Source: Octopus vulgaris (Eukaryota). Taken from it: DNA of 64,000 bases. How positions within the stretch are numbered: the first letter of the stretch is position 1; the number at the start of each line of letters is the position of its first letter. The stretch covers positions 7,254,001 through 7,318,000 of the forward strand of contig OX597829.1 of the NCBI GenBank assembly GCA_951406725.2. The letters run 5' to 3'. A program made the position numbers and the translations under genes. Under the pieces are notes generated by a model. That model saw nothing but the letters and a program-made list of their open reading frames with translations. It was not told where the DNA came from and ran no database searches. Below are positions 41,529 through 54,959 of this stretch, piece by piece.

Positions 41529-41696
41529 AACTAACACACACACACACACACAAATATATATGCCCATACATAAATAATAATGCATATACATATATACACA
41601 CATATACATATATAAATATATATAAACACAAACACACACATACCAATATGTGCATGTATATATATAAATATGTGTGTGTGTGTGTGTGTGTCTGCA

Positions 41697-41870
41697 TATT
41701 ATGCCTGCGAGACGAGGGTCACATATCGATACCACATCAAACAACTGGAACGTCTCCATCAGTTGTGTCTCAGACGGATCTTCTATGGCATTATGTGGGA
41801 GGACCGGATCAGTGGTCTTGAAATACTGGAAGGCACTCGGTGCGAAAGTATAGAAGTTCTGCAATTAATT
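41697..41870 (+). mobile_element. RTE (BovB-like) LINE fragment
   Basis: YACETRVTYRYHIKQLERLHQLCLRRIFYGIMWEDRISGLEILE (cf. YGCETW...LERFHQRCLRxILxIxWxDR). Confidence 0.75.
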
Positions 41871-42070
41871 TGATACTGTTTGGTGACCATATGTGAGAGC
41901 AATAACCAAAGTGACTTAGGACCGATCTCTTGTTCTAAGAGTTCTAAGAATCCATCCAGTCAGCCGCCTGCATTTCGTTGCCAACTTAACATCATGCACA
42001 TGGAATACTCATGTAAATACCCAGGTCACGCACTGAATGTGTCTCTGGTATTACAGTCCCTCCTGGTCCA

Positions 42071-42116
<46 letters not shown>

Positions 42117-42129
42117 AGGTATATATGTA

Positions 42130-42322
42130 CGACGTTAGCACGCCGGGCGAAATGCTTAACGGTATTTCGTCTGCCCTTATGTTCGGAGTTCAAATTCCTC
42201 GGAGGTCGACTTTGCTTTTCATCCTTTCGGGGTCGATAAATTAAGTACCAGTTACGCACTGAGGTTGATGTAATCGACTTAATGCATTTGTCTGTCCTTG
42301 TTTGTCCCTCTCTATGTTTAGA
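42130..42322 (+). mobile_element. SINE family A
   Basis: acgttagcacgccgggcgaaatgcttaacgg...gagttcaaattcctcggaggtcgactttgc...ggggtcgataaattaagtaccagtt. Confidence 0.88.
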
Positions 42323-42384
42323 CACACAGACAGACATACATTAAAACAGACAGACGGACGGACGGACGGATGGACTGACATTCA

Positions 42385-42742
<358 letters not shown>

Positions 42743-43124
42743 ACAAATTTATTTATCTAAATAGACATATTACTGACTGTGGTTATATTCTTCACGATCT
42801 AAATTTCATTTCTTGTGTATTCATTCATTTTCCAAGGCGATGTAAATGCTTCCTGAAATAAACTTGCACTCAGAAACTCTGAATGACTGTTGGGTTATGA
42901 ACAATTTGTTATCTCTGAGTGTACTCACCTTGTAGCGGAAATAGCCGTAATCTAATGCAGTCTATTGCATAATTTCCCGTTCCTCTGTCATTTATTAATT
43001 TCATATTATGTACTGTACTCGACTAACGCTGTATTTTGCAGCAAACTTATATTGAGTTCTAACACCAGGTAATTATTATCACCATATATATATACATACA
43101 CACACGAACTTATATGTATATATA

Positions 43125-45604
43125 TTAGGGTTATGTCTTTTTCACAACTCATTCGACGAATAATTTCATAAAAGTTAGGAAACTAACATTTATTTTGCTT
43201 TATTTGGAAAAAAACGTCGCCTCCCACGTATGATATCAATTATCACTTTTGACCCAAATCATGCAAAATTTTCGGAGCGGGGGTTCATAACGCCTGCTCA
43301 AGTTTTTACCAAAGTTGGTGCGCTGAATAGTATAAATGAAATTTCAGCTTTCTAGTTGAAGTAGTTTCAGAGTTATGGGATTTTAAAACTATGATCACTA
43401 GGTGGCACTAGATTCACATTTCAGTATTTCCACTGCCTAAATCCTTGTAAACGCAAGAGAGATGTGGAATAAAAGTGTATTTATATCTTTTTAAGATTAC
43501 TGAAATGAAATTGCTCGATGCAAATGTTCAAAACTAGGCTATTTTAAGACAGAAGCCACTACAAGCATTCGATAGCATACAAAATTAAAAATAATTCATA
43601 TTTTAAACTTTATACATTTAATTCCAATTCTAAATAACTGTATAAGAAAAAGGTTACTGAATGTTAGCAAATTTTTAAACATAATAAAGAATTAATATGT
43701 TTTGTTAGATAAAATAAATCGAAGCTGAAGTTTCTCTTTTCTTTTACAAACATCATAAATATCTTCAGGGCCCTTGATTGTCCGTTCTGCATTCTGATTT
43801 GTACTGGGAATTTTCAGTTTCGATGGTTCACGACTCCAAAAGTTTTTTACAGGGTTCAATGCATTTTTATAAACTTGCAGGTTACCACATAACTGTTGAT
43901 AATCATGTGCATTGAATATTTGGTCAGTAAACTAAAATTCTGCCCAGCTGTAAGAGATGAACCGACTAACACTGAAAAGCAAGACTCTTTTCTCTGGTAG
44001 AAGAATAAAATCCAAAAGAGCAAGTATTGCTCGAGAATTCCATCGTTTTTGAAACTTTGCAGTAGGAAATTTTCTGGTTTCTTCAAAGAAACGAAAACCT
44101 CTGGTCAAATGAAATAGAAATTTTATGTCATCTCACCATCCTGCTGATTCAGTAATCTTTTCTTCACCATTGTTGAAATTAGCCTGGAGTTTCTCATAAT
44201 TTCTTAGAAGCTCTGAGATGAATCGTTATCCATTACAACACGAAGAACTCTATCAAGAATATGATTCTGACAAACAATAAATTGCGATTCTTTCAAACAC
44301 TTTTGGGCAAACAGTCTTTGCAACTGAATGACAATGCTATTTCTTTTACCCGTAGTATTTTCTTAATTCTCTCTTTTAGTTTAACAGCTTCTTTGATGGT
44401 CGATCTGTAAATACCAGATTGGGAAGGAGTCTCGACATTCATTCCATCTTGAGATAATTGTCGACAAACTGTTGCTGCTTTTTGGGTTGATAGCTTGGAA
44501 GATATTACTAACTTGGTTGCGGTTCCAGTTTTGTTATACTTCCTCCTTGTTTGTGTGGATTCTTCATCTAATTTTTCGGATTTTTGATATTCCCTTTAAG
44601 TCTCTGCTTCTGACGTTGACGATGACACCGGAGTTGCTTTGGTTGAAGTTGGCATTAAGGACACTTTTCTTCTTTTGGATGGAGGAATAGTTTTGGAACT
44701 GGCTGCCATTCCAGTTTTATAACCAGCCTGTCCCTTGCTTTCAATTTGAAGATAATATAACCTTCCATCCTCACTGCACAACCATTCACCGTTTTCCTTT
44801 GTGATGTCAAACATTCCTTTCAATGAATCATATTTTCCTCGTTTTACACATTTATCGCAGGTATTCAGCACTTTTTCTACCTTTGCTTGTACATTTTAAA
44901 TTGATAATTATGGGAAATTAAATTTCCTTTGCCATAAAAAAGTTACTTCTTTCGAAATTTCCATTGTTCTTTCTTCTCTTCCTTTGATGGTACTTCCAAG
45001 GAACATGTAACGACTGACAATTTGAAGTTTTATTGGTATCCTGCAGTTGTCTTCCAAAGAATGTTCTTCTAGAGGAACAGGTCTTCTTTTCTTATGTGAG
45101 TCTTGAAATTGCACGAGATTTTCCGTCCTAACTTTTTGTTTCTTTGAGTGACACAAGCACTTCTCTTATGGGACATTATTTTAGATATTCTAGTTAAATA
45201 GGCCTTACTATTCTAAAACAAACAGTTAATATAGTCAGTTTCTTGCGTCACAGAAATAAAAAGGAGAGGAAGAGGATATTTCCTAAAATAGGACCTAAGT
45301 GGTAACAAATCAAAAACTCTATAACTCCTAAACTACTTAAACTTGAAAGCTGAATTTTGAGATATTCTGCTTCTGAACTGTAGAAGTCAGCATACCAAGT
45401 TTGGTAAAATCTTGAGTAGGCATTATGAACCCCACTAGAATTTTGCATGATTTGGGTCAGAGGTGGTGGTAGATTTCTTCAGTTCGAGGTGACGTTTATC
45501 AAAAAAACTTAAAGGTTATTTTCCAAATTTATATGAAATTAATCATCGACTTTTGATACAGGAAATTGTTTACTTCCAAAAGAATCAATGGGTCATATCC
45601 CTAA
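43125..45604 (-). mobile_element. DNA transposon with long (~270 bp) imperfect TIRs and decayed transposase, probably hATm-like
   Basis: Ends TTAGGG...CCCTAA; tgacccaaatcatgcaaaatt / aattttgcatgatttgggtca and taccaaagttggt / accaagtttggta are mirrored. Peptides LWQRKFNFP, FDITKENGEWLCSED..LYYLQIES, GW*DDIKFL, RWNSRAILALL. Confidence 0.7.
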
Positions 45605-45659
45605 TCCTTTAATATATAAACATATGCGTGCGCGCCCGCGCGTGTGTGTGTTTGTGTAA

Positions 45660-45962
45660 TAATAATGGATTCTCCTGTCGTTACACGACGTATGAGGCTA
45701 CGGCAATTGACGGACACCCACACAGATGATTTGTTTATAGTGATCAAATGTTTGTGTACACATCTGCCTACTTCCTCCATCAAATCGAAATTACCTGTAC
45801 AGGTGCACTGTGTGCCGCATGTCAGATGACGAAATTATCGCAAAGCAACATGAAAGGAAGTGCTTTGCTCAAGAACGCCACGCAACACCAGGTCCGGAAA
45901 TCGAACCAACGATCTCTCAATCGTGAGTGCAACACCCTAACCACTAAGCCATATGTCTTCAC
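45660..45962 (-). mobile_element. tRNA-derived SINE family C
   Basis: Revcomp head tggcttagtggttagggtgttgcactcacgat...ggttcgatttccggacc (A and B boxes); same head as 53446. Confidence 0.8.
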
Positions 45963-45964
45963 AG

Positions 45965-47248
45965 AATTTCAGCCATTCTGAATTTGAATGAAAAAACTTG
46001 TTTGTCATTACTTTAAGATGGGCTGCAATTGGTCGAGGAAGGTCACGTGGTGTGGTCGTTTGATGTTTGTATAGCTGTATTTCAGTGACGACAGTTTGAA
46101 AACACCACATGGCGGACAGGAAATCGGTCTGGTTGTTGGAGGGGAGGTAGAAAGGATTGGTATGCGCACGTATATAGTTCTATATGTGGATGTGTGGACG
46201 CATTCATACGGTTTTGTATGCATGTCTGTATTTCCGTCCAAATGATTTTGAATATTGCGGAATGAATGATAATGTCCGGCGAATATGGTCAGTGAGGCAT
46301 CGTTCCCCATTCAAACTACGCCAGCCTTTGGAATGTCATCCTCGTTATGTGTGGCCGAGCATTATCCTGACGGAAGAAAACCTAGCGCTGACTTAAGCCG
46401 CTTCAGTTTCTCGCAGTAGGTCTCCTTTGTTATCGTTTGCCTTGGGTTTAAAAATTCAAAGTGGACTAAAACTTGTATGTCTCACCAAACAGATAGCAGC
46501 ACCTACATGGATTAAGATCTTCTTTAGCCTGGGGAGCAATGATTCTACTTTCCTTATCCACTGTCTTCGGCGCTTGACATTTTTATAGAGAACACATTTC
46601 TCATCACCAGTCACTATTTGATCCAAAAAAGGTTCATTCGTGACATGTGACAGAAAAGAACAGCACACATTCACTCTCTGTGTACAATTAGACTTGGAAA
46701 GTTTGTGAGGAACCCATTGACCAAATTTACTGACTTTTCCAATGGCATGCAGGTGTCGATGAATGGTTGAATGACCAAATCCAAGCTTCTCTGCTAGTTC
46801 CTCAACAGTTACGTTGGGGTTTTATTCCATCAGGGTTTGCAGGACACCCTCGTCGAGTACTACAGGTCTTCCAGGACGTGACTTGCCTCCTACGTTGTAA
46901 TTTCCAGCTCGGAACTTCTAGAATCCCCGTTGGTGCTGGCTTATGCTTATTGTCCGATCCCCATATAATGCATTAATATTCCTGTGCGCTCTCCGTTGCG
47001 TTGTTGTCTTTATTGAACTCATAAAGTAAAATATGCCGAATATGCTCCTTTGTCACTTCCGTTATGGCTTTGAAAAGATAACTGTTAAAATTGAACTGTA
47101 CTCTTCAAAACTTGCACTAAAAATAAGTAACAAGGTAAAATTACTACCTGTTTTTATAGCAATTTGATGCAGGTAGTTTATTCCGTCCTCATCCGACTTT
47201 TAGTTCATGCCTTTGAAAATTCGCATTATTTATTGCCTGATCCAATAT
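45965..47248 (-). mobile_element. Mariner (DD34D-like) transposon remnant
   Basis: EVTKEHIRHILLYEFNK (Mos1-type HTH), FLDQIVTGDEKCVLYKN, QDNARPH; TIR-like end tattggatcaggcaataaataatgcg. Confidence 0.82.
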
Positions 47249-47292
47249 GTGTGTGTGTGTGTGTGTAAATATATATATATAGAGAGAGAGAG

Positions 47293-47353
<61 letters not shown>

Positions 47354-47362
47354 ATATATAAA

Positions 47363-47750
47363 AGCGTATGCGTAGCTGTGTGATAAGAAGCTTGCTTCCA
47401 AACAGCATGGTCCCAAGTTCAGTGCCACTGGGTGGTATCTTGGGCAAGTGTCTTCTATTATAGTCTCGAGCCGTCTTAAACATTCTGAGTGGATTTGGAC
47501 GACGGAAACTGAACGAAGGCCATCGTACATACACAGATATATAGGTATATGTTTGTATGTTTGTATTTGTCCTCCCAACATTGCTTGACAACCGATGTTG
47601 GCGTGTTTATGTCGCCGTAACTTAGCGGTTCAACAGAAGAAACCGATAGGATAAGTACTAGGCTTACAGAGAATAGTCCTGGGGTACATTTGTTCGACTA
47701 AAGGTGGTGTTCCAGCATGGCCGCAGTCAAATGACTGAAATAAGTAAACG
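47363..47750 (+). mobile_element. SINE family B, near full length
   Basis: Head gctgtgtgataagaagcttgcttcc...aagttcagtgccactg; tail ggtggtgttccagcatggccgcagtcaaatgactgaaa. Confidence 0.9.
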
Positions 47751-48743
47751 AACCAACGAACATGCAGCATGTGCTTTCTACCACATCTAGAAACTAACCA
47801 TTTTCAAGACCTGAAGAGCACTCATCCGAATATCTCTGGAATATTATCAGAAAGCAGTCGACGAACAAGAGGAATCTATGTTGGACCAACAATTATACTT
47901 GTAACTCTCAGTTTGAAGGAAGTGGTTTTTTATTCTATCCTGTTGTGTTTGTTTGTTTGTTTTTTGTCATGTAGTAAAAAAGATAACGACATACCAGACG
48001 TACAAAAAGCATGGAGAACCTTATGATGCTCCTACATGTGAAAATTGATTCAGCTTCAGAGGAATTTGCACCGATGATGTAACCCAAATTGTATCGATGA
48101 GGCTTGATGTCTGTGACTAAAACAACATAGAATGCAATTCGTAAATGCTAACGCATAGATACAGACATGATGTCTATTTATCTATCTCTGCATATAACTG
48201 TGTATGTGTGTCTGACATATTTGCGGAGAGCATATATACTCATACACATAGCATGAAACAGCTGGTGGAACGTCCCTGTCGAAACTTTCCATGATATAAA
48301 CAAAACAGGCCAGGCAATATGATCAGAGGATTAACAGAAATTTTGTTCAGGAATACAAATTAGTTGGTAGCAGCGCTTAACATATTTCTATAGCCCACTT
48401 AGTTATATGCAAGTAGCTATAATTGATAGCATTTTTGAAAAAATTGTATAACAAAGAAAGGAAAGAGTTAAGAACTAAAAATTATACGTCATTAATGGAA
48501 CTGTGAAAATATTCTGCGCGAGAATTAACATGCAAACATAAGATGTACAGATATATGTGCTAGTTCACTAAACAACTTTTCAGAAGGAATCAGCGTCACA
48601 CGGCATATGAAAAGACTGGACATTAGGATTACAGAGAAGCCCTGACCGGATGGGCTTCATTTCGGGAAATTTGATCTACGCAAAATACATCCCATGTGCT
48701 TTTGAAACAATTGTAGTACTCGACGGTCTCTCTTGTCTCTTTC

Positions 48744-49110
<367 letters not shown>

Positions 49111-49236
49111 ATTTTTATATGTATATACACATAAACACACACTTACTCACGCGCGCACAAACGCAAACTCACACACACGTACACACACATATGCATGTAC
49201 ATATATATGCATGTACATATATATATATGTATATAT

Positions 49237-49273
<37 letters not shown>

Positions 49274-49518
49274 AACACACACATACGCACGCACGCACAA
49301 ACACACACATATATATATATATATATAATATACACATAACACACAGTGAACAAAATTTGGAATACATAGGTCATTAGTTTAACGTATTAATGAAACAAAA
49401 TTCTGCCTCAACATTTCAACTATAGTCCTTCATCAAATGAAAGACAAGCAGACAGACAGACAGACAGAATGAAAGATAGAAAATAAATGAGAAAATATCG
49501 TTGGTGAAAAACGGGAAT

Positions 49519-49549
<31 letters not shown>

Positions 49550-49978
49550 AAGAAGAAGAAGAAGAAGAAGAAGAAGAAGAAGAAGAAGAAGAAGAAGAAG
49601 AAGAAGAAGAAGAAGAAGAAGAAGAAGAAGAAGAGGAGGAAGAAGAAGAAGAAGAAGAAGAAGAAGAAGAAGAGGAGAAGAAGAAGAAGAAGAAGAAGAA
49701 GAAGAAGAAGAAGAGGAGAAGAAGAAGAAGAAGAAGAAGAAGAAGAGGAGGAAGAAGAAGAAGAAGAAGAAGAAGAAGAAGAAGAAGAAGAAGAAGAAGA
49801 AGAAGAAGAAGAAGAGGAGGAAGAAGAAGAAGAAGAAGAAGAAGAAGAAGAAGAAGAGGAGGAAGAAGAAGAAGAAGAAGAAGAGAGAGGAGGAAGAAGA
49901 AGAAGAAGAAGAAGAAGAAGAAGAGGAGGAAGAAGAAGAAGAAGAAGAAGAAGAAGAAGAAGAAGAAGAAGAAGAAGG
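49519..49978. repeat. (GAA)n array
   Basis: Directly visible. Confidence 0.98.
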
Positions 49979-49984
49979 GTGTAT

Positions 49985-50420
49985 TACGATGCAAATATGT
50001 GAATTCTTCTGTATCAGAAAACAGGTATAGGAAGAGTGGTGGCTTATGTGACATTTGTGTTTACAGAGCGTGTGCAAAAGTATAGTGTGATGGTGGTTTA
50101 AATGCGTGCAGGAGAGAAGTTAGCAATGCCTGTATGTTACTTTTCCATTAAAGTGCAATTCATTAATCAAGGCTCTGATGAAGCTATACGATGTTATCCT
50201 GACACTCAACATCGAGTCCACTACATCTAATAGCAGAAAAAACTGCAAGGCAATTGTGTTTATTGTATAACATTTGGTTTTTCTGGTGTCATATCTTTGT
50301 TTTCTATCACCACTATATACTCATCTAATATTGTGCTCGGACCTTATGTATATTGACTTCTACACCAGGTTATTAGTTTCACTATGTCTAAGTGAAATAT
50401 CGATATGTTTATATTCTGTT
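49985..50420 (+). mobile_element. Decayed Penelope-like 3' end with degenerate hammerhead (50171-50252)
   Basis: YRKSGGLCDIC...GLNA.RREV..AC resembles the 29561-29821 peptide; then ggct-CTGATGA-a-gcta...tagc-a-GAAA-aaactg-CA-aggc. Confidence 0.55.
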
Positions 50421-50429
50421 ATTCATCTA

Positions 50430-50620
50430 CACTTTTACTTATTTCAGTCAGTTTTAGTTGAACAAATCGACCTCAGTACTTACTCTTTTAAGCCCCGTAC
50501 TTATTCTATCGATCTCTATTCCCGAACTGCTAATGTTACGGGGTCGTGAACACACCAACATCAGTTGTCAAGTGGTATGGCGGAACAAACACAGATACAA
50601 ATACACACACACACACAAAC
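50430..50620 (-). mobile_element. Degenerate SINE family B
   Basis: atttcagtca...aaatcgacctcagtactta...gtacttattctatcgatctct...acaccaacatcagttgtcaag. Confidence 0.7.
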
Positions 50621-50655
50621 ACACACATACACATATATATATAAAATTAAGAAAT

Positions 50656-50719
50656 TTTGAGCTGACGAAAGAAATGTCGAGTTTAATTCGACTAATCTAG
50701 AAACGTGAGCGTTCTCAAA
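50656..50719 (+). ncRNA. Type I hammerhead ribozyme, canonical core
   Basis: tttgag-CTGACGA-a-aga..gtcga-loop-tcgac..tct-a-GAAA-cg-tgag-cg-TT-ctcaaa; 6-bp helix I; in TA-bounded island ~50640-50905. Confidence 0.8.
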
Positions 50720-51369
50720 TAATCTTTGTACATGTGATATTTTGTATTTTCCCTCCATATCTACGTGAATTATTTTTGAGTAAACACTATCTGGGAGACT
50801 CTTCTTAAAGTAGTGGAAATGGCTAAAAAAACTTTTTGGCTGCTATTTCTAAAAATTTCAGTATGTGGCAAAGTAAATTATTTTACTGAGCCCTAATCAT
50901 ATAACGTTATATATATATATACATATATAGATGTGTGTGTGTGTACGTATATGCATATATAGTTAATCCCAAAAATCGAAGAAAAATACTCAATAAAAAA
51001 ATGTATGTACTTATTGTTCCTCACTCTCAATTATTGCAATTAAAGAAACATGTTCGTCTTTTTCAAGAAATACGATTTGTGGTGCATGATGAAGATTATT
51101 AATGAACAGGAAATAAGCAAACGGAAATATATGTAAGAATGACTGAATGAAGAAAAAGAGAAGGTAAAAAATTTAGAATAAATCAAACCAGAATTTACAG
51201 AGTTTGTTTAAAAGATTTTCAAGAGTTAACACCAACCAACGCATCTGAAAGTCTACAAAGAGAGTAATTTACAAGCATGCACAAAAATATATTTAAAACT
51301 AGTCTGTTACGCAACAGAAAAAGCTGGCAAAATGTGAACATACACATAAATGCATATGCATTGTACACT

Positions 51370-51415
<46 letters not shown>

Positions 51416-52078
51416 TAACGAACTTTTTTTTTTAAAATTCTATTGGCTGGCTTTCCTCGATTTCTGCTCTTCGAGTTTTCTGTAGCGAGTAAATAATACA
51501 TGGAAATTGACGATTTAAAAGTCTGTTATCAGCATATTGGCATAGAAATAATTTTCTTTAGCCCTTATTTATAAGTTGTATATAATTTTAACCTTAAAGG
51601 TATGTTAATATGCTGCCACATTTTTTATGGAATATTTTCTCTGTAAAAAAACTCCATCCTATATTAGTAGTAGACTTATTACTATTCGCTATAGAGACTG
51701 GTAACCACTATAAGCTGTAGTGGAGAACAGTTCACACGTGTGCAGAGGCTGACCAAAGGATTTTATTTTTAGATATATCTGGGGTACTTATATGTACTCA
51801 TGATTTTTGCTTCGGCTTTTTTCCATGGGCGCATGTAAGTATCTTATTTATATTTTTTCGTATTTTCTACTGAAGAGGAAAAAATCTATTATGAGATTAA
51901 TTCCGAAATTGATTCAATATAGAAATAACGAATTTTAAAAAAAAAATCCTATTGGCTGGCTTTCCTCGATTTCAGCTCTTCGAGTAAATAATATCTGGAA
52001 ATTGACGATTTAAAAGTCTGCTATCAGCATATTGGCATAGAAATAATTTTCTTTAGCCCTTATTTATAAGTTGTATAT
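51416..52078 (+). mobile_element. Non-coding partial-tandem element (510-nt unit + ~155-nt terminal repeat) with hammerhead at the unit junction; retrozyme-/pLTR-like
   Basis: Direct repeats 51416-51584 and 51926-52078; hammerhead at 51864-51925; (TA)n on both sides; no ORF. Confidence 0.8.
51864..51925 (+). ncRNA. Canonical type I hammerhead ribozyme
   Basis: tttcta-CTGAAGA-ggaa-(aatct..agatt)-ttcc-GAAA-ttga-t-tcaa-TA-tagaaa; all three helices pair; predicted cleavage after 51919. Confidence 0.87.
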
Positions 52079-52097
52079 ATATATATATATATATAAT

Positions 52098-52319
52098 AGT
52101 TATCGCCATATTAATATGGCATTCTTATAAAAATAAGCATAAAGCTGTCCGCTTATTAGCTCCATGAGGCCATCACCTTAAGTTAGCTATTTGATACACA
52201 AACTGTATCCATATAACCTTCGAACAAGGGAGGTCAGTCGCTCCACACTACTTGACCGGCAGCTACAGACGCGTTTCGGGGTATTGCCCTTTAGAGAGAC
52301 TTAGTAATTTTAATATTTC

Positions 52320-52320
<1 letters not shown>
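52098..52320 (-). mobile_element. Penelope-type 3'-end island with truncated hammerhead (52262-52290)
   Basis: Minus: ggg-caatac-ccc-GAAA-cgcg-TC-tgtagc; the CUGANGA box and 5' helix I are missing. TA-bounded. Confidence 0.55.
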
Positions 52321-52371
<51 letters not shown>

Positions 52372-52392
52372 CAAACAAGATACATAAATACA

Positions 52393-52525
52393 TGTTTTTT
52401 CAGTTTCCATCTACCGAATCAACTCCACTAACTGTGGTTACAGTAGAAAACACTCGCTCAATATTGCACGTTGAGGGATTGAACGCGGAGCCATCGGCTT
52501 AACGCACAACCAACCCCGCACCTAT
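52393..52525 (-). mobile_element. Degenerate SINE family B head
   Basis: ttttcagtttccatctaccgaatc...gggattgaacgcggagccat. Confidence 0.55.
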
Positions 52526-53211
52526 ATCCACGGCATATATTTATGCAGGCATGTTTGTATGTGTATATGTCTTCATTTCTAATTAGGTTGGCTACATGGA
52601 TTCATCAACGAAGGAATCATTTTGTATATGAGTAATGATTTTATAGGTTTATTTATGGCGTAGAAAGTAGTGTTACTCTGTCATTATGAACCAGTAACTG
52701 TACCAGAAAAATAATAATAGACTTTTCATACATATATAAAAATAAAAGAATATAAATATGCACGCACCTATATATATGTATGTATGTATGATTTCAATAT
52801 AAATATATATATATATGTAAGCCGCTAGTATACTCTACGTAAAACACACTATCATTCTATTGTCACTCAACAATTGCATGTGTTTAAGTGTGTGCCGTTT
52901 TATATAAAACTTCAGTTGTTTTACCCGATCATATCGACCCCAGTGTCTATCTGAAAGTATTACTTATCGATCTCTATTAATTGAATCTCTAAATTACGTT
53001 TTCGACTTAAAGGTACAGAAATTAACACGTCCGCTTACAACCGGGTAAACATAGACAATGATACGAACGAATGACGCACATCACACACACACTCACACAC
53101 AAATAAACACGCTCACACACACATACACACACTCACACATACATACACGTGTGTATTTTGTGTGTATGTATGTATATGTATGTATATATGCATATATGTA
53201 TTATATATATA

Positions 53212-53422
53212 TTTCTTTATTGCCCACAAGGGGCTAAATATAGAGAGGACAAACAAGGACAGACAAAGGGATTAAGTCGATCACATCGACCCCAGTGCGA
53301 AACTGGTACTTTTATTTATCGACCCCGAAAGGATGAAAGGCAAAGTCGACCTCGGCGGAATTTGAACGACAGACGAAATACCGCTAAGCATTCCGCCCGG
53401 CGCGCTAACGTGTCTGCCAGCT
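53212..53422 (-). mobile_element. SINE family A
   Basis: Revcomp gctggcagacacgttagcgcgccgggcggaatgcttagcgg...gttcaaattccgccgaggtcgactttgcctttcatcctttcggggtcgataaa. Confidence 0.9.
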
Positions 53423-53445
53423 ATATATATATATATATATATGAA

Positions 53446-53680
53446 TGCATGTGGAGGCGCGTGGCTTAGTGGTTAGGGTGTCGTGCTCATGATTGTAAAG
53501 CTGTGGTTTCAATTCCTGGATCGGAAGATGCGTATGTACTCTTGAACGAATCATTTCATCTTAGGTGACTCCAGTCTACTCAGCTGACAAAAATTATTAG
53601 CCCTGCGACCAACAGAGGTACATACTCGTCACAGATTCCGGGGAAACCAGCCTGATGAACCTATGGCACGGGAAGGATTT
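53446..53680 (+). mobile_element. tRNA-derived SINE (family C-like head)
   Basis: gtggaggcgcgtggcttagtggttagggtgtcg...ggtttcaattcctgga (A and B boxes). Confidence 0.7.
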
Positions 53681-54181
53681 TTCATCCTTGTACAAGTGTA
53701 TTGTATATTGTATATACATGCAGATAGATATGTTAGTATACATGAATTCATTATGCATATTTGTATGTATGTGCGTATGTATGAATGTGTGTATGTATGC
53801 TATACATGCATGCTTGTATGTACAAATGTATCTATGGACGTATATATATATTTGTATGTGTAGATGCATGTACTACGTATGTATGGATGGATGGATGTAC
53901 ATATATGAAAGCAGCGGGCTTCCACGTATATCTCGCTTATATAATTAGTTGGCTGATCTGAGGCAATGTTAGGGAATCAATTACCCAAGATGCCATACTC
54001 AGATCCATACAACTAGGAATTGAAATACCTCGCTACATTTTCATAAATGCAACAGCCTTTGTATGCGCATGAGCGAATGTTTTCCATGTGTGTGTATGTA
54101 TATTGTATCTGCGCATATATATATATTTATATATATATATATATGTCTGTGTATGTATGATGGTATGTATGCCTGTGTATG

Positions 54182-54215
<34 letters not shown>

Positions 54216-54264
54216 TGTATGTATGTATGTATGTATGTATGTATGTATGTATGTTTATTTGTTT

Positions 54265-54500
54265 GTATGTACAGATGTGTATGCTTTATGCATATATTCT
54301 CATGTATATAGCTGCACATCTAAATACGCTCATATATATATATTTAAATGATAAACCTCTGGAAAGTTTGATGGATTTTTTACAGTTCCAGTGATGAACT
54401 GGATCTGTAGTCTTCGAATTAGCTTTCTCCTATCTAGTTTTGAGAAGCCAAATTTCACACGATTGGTATTTAGGCAATGTATTACTTACCCCTGGGGGAT
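54265..54500 (-). mobile_element. R4/Dong-like LINE 3' end
   Basis: [33 protein letters not shown]...FPEVYH, then 3' UTR running into (CATA)n. Confidence 0.7.
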
Positions 54501-54635
54501 ACACACACGTATGTCTATACATACATATATACATACATACATACATATATACATATATATATATGCACACGTATGTATATACAAACACACACACACACAT
54601 ACATGCATATACATATACATATATATTTTTTATTC

Positions 54636-54668
<33 letters not shown>

Positions 54669-54959
54669 CACATACATGTGCGTTATTATATGCGGAATAG
54701 ACTACACTATGGCGATTCGTGAGCTTGCTGCAGTTACAGATGTATCACACATGGCTTAACACCGACCGGCCACTCAGAGACTCCCATGATGGCTCGTTTA
54801 ATTTAGTTGAGTTATCATTTAGGCTGTTGTCAGGTTTCTGATCAATCAGACCTATCACTGATATCTTGACAAACAACATGTTTTGATGCGCAAATCAAAG
54901 CATCAGTTACATACAAAGATCATTGTTATTATCTAACAGTCAAATCTAAATTAATTGAT

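Noticed and set aside
43125-43130. TTAGGG / CCCTAA (45599-45604) telomere-like hexamers
   Set aside because: Single copies forming the transposon termini, not telomeric arrays.
53446-53525. tRNA-like A/B-box sequences (also 45890-45960, 39005-39070, 42130-42200)
   Set aside because: No complete cloverleaf, and they continue into repeated SINE bodies. They are SINE heads, not tRNA genes.
53645-53680. CTGATGA in a SINE tail (similar isolated hits at 7762, 25688, 25751, 36215, 47791, 56696)
   Set aside because: No correctly placed helix II, GAAA and UH downstream.
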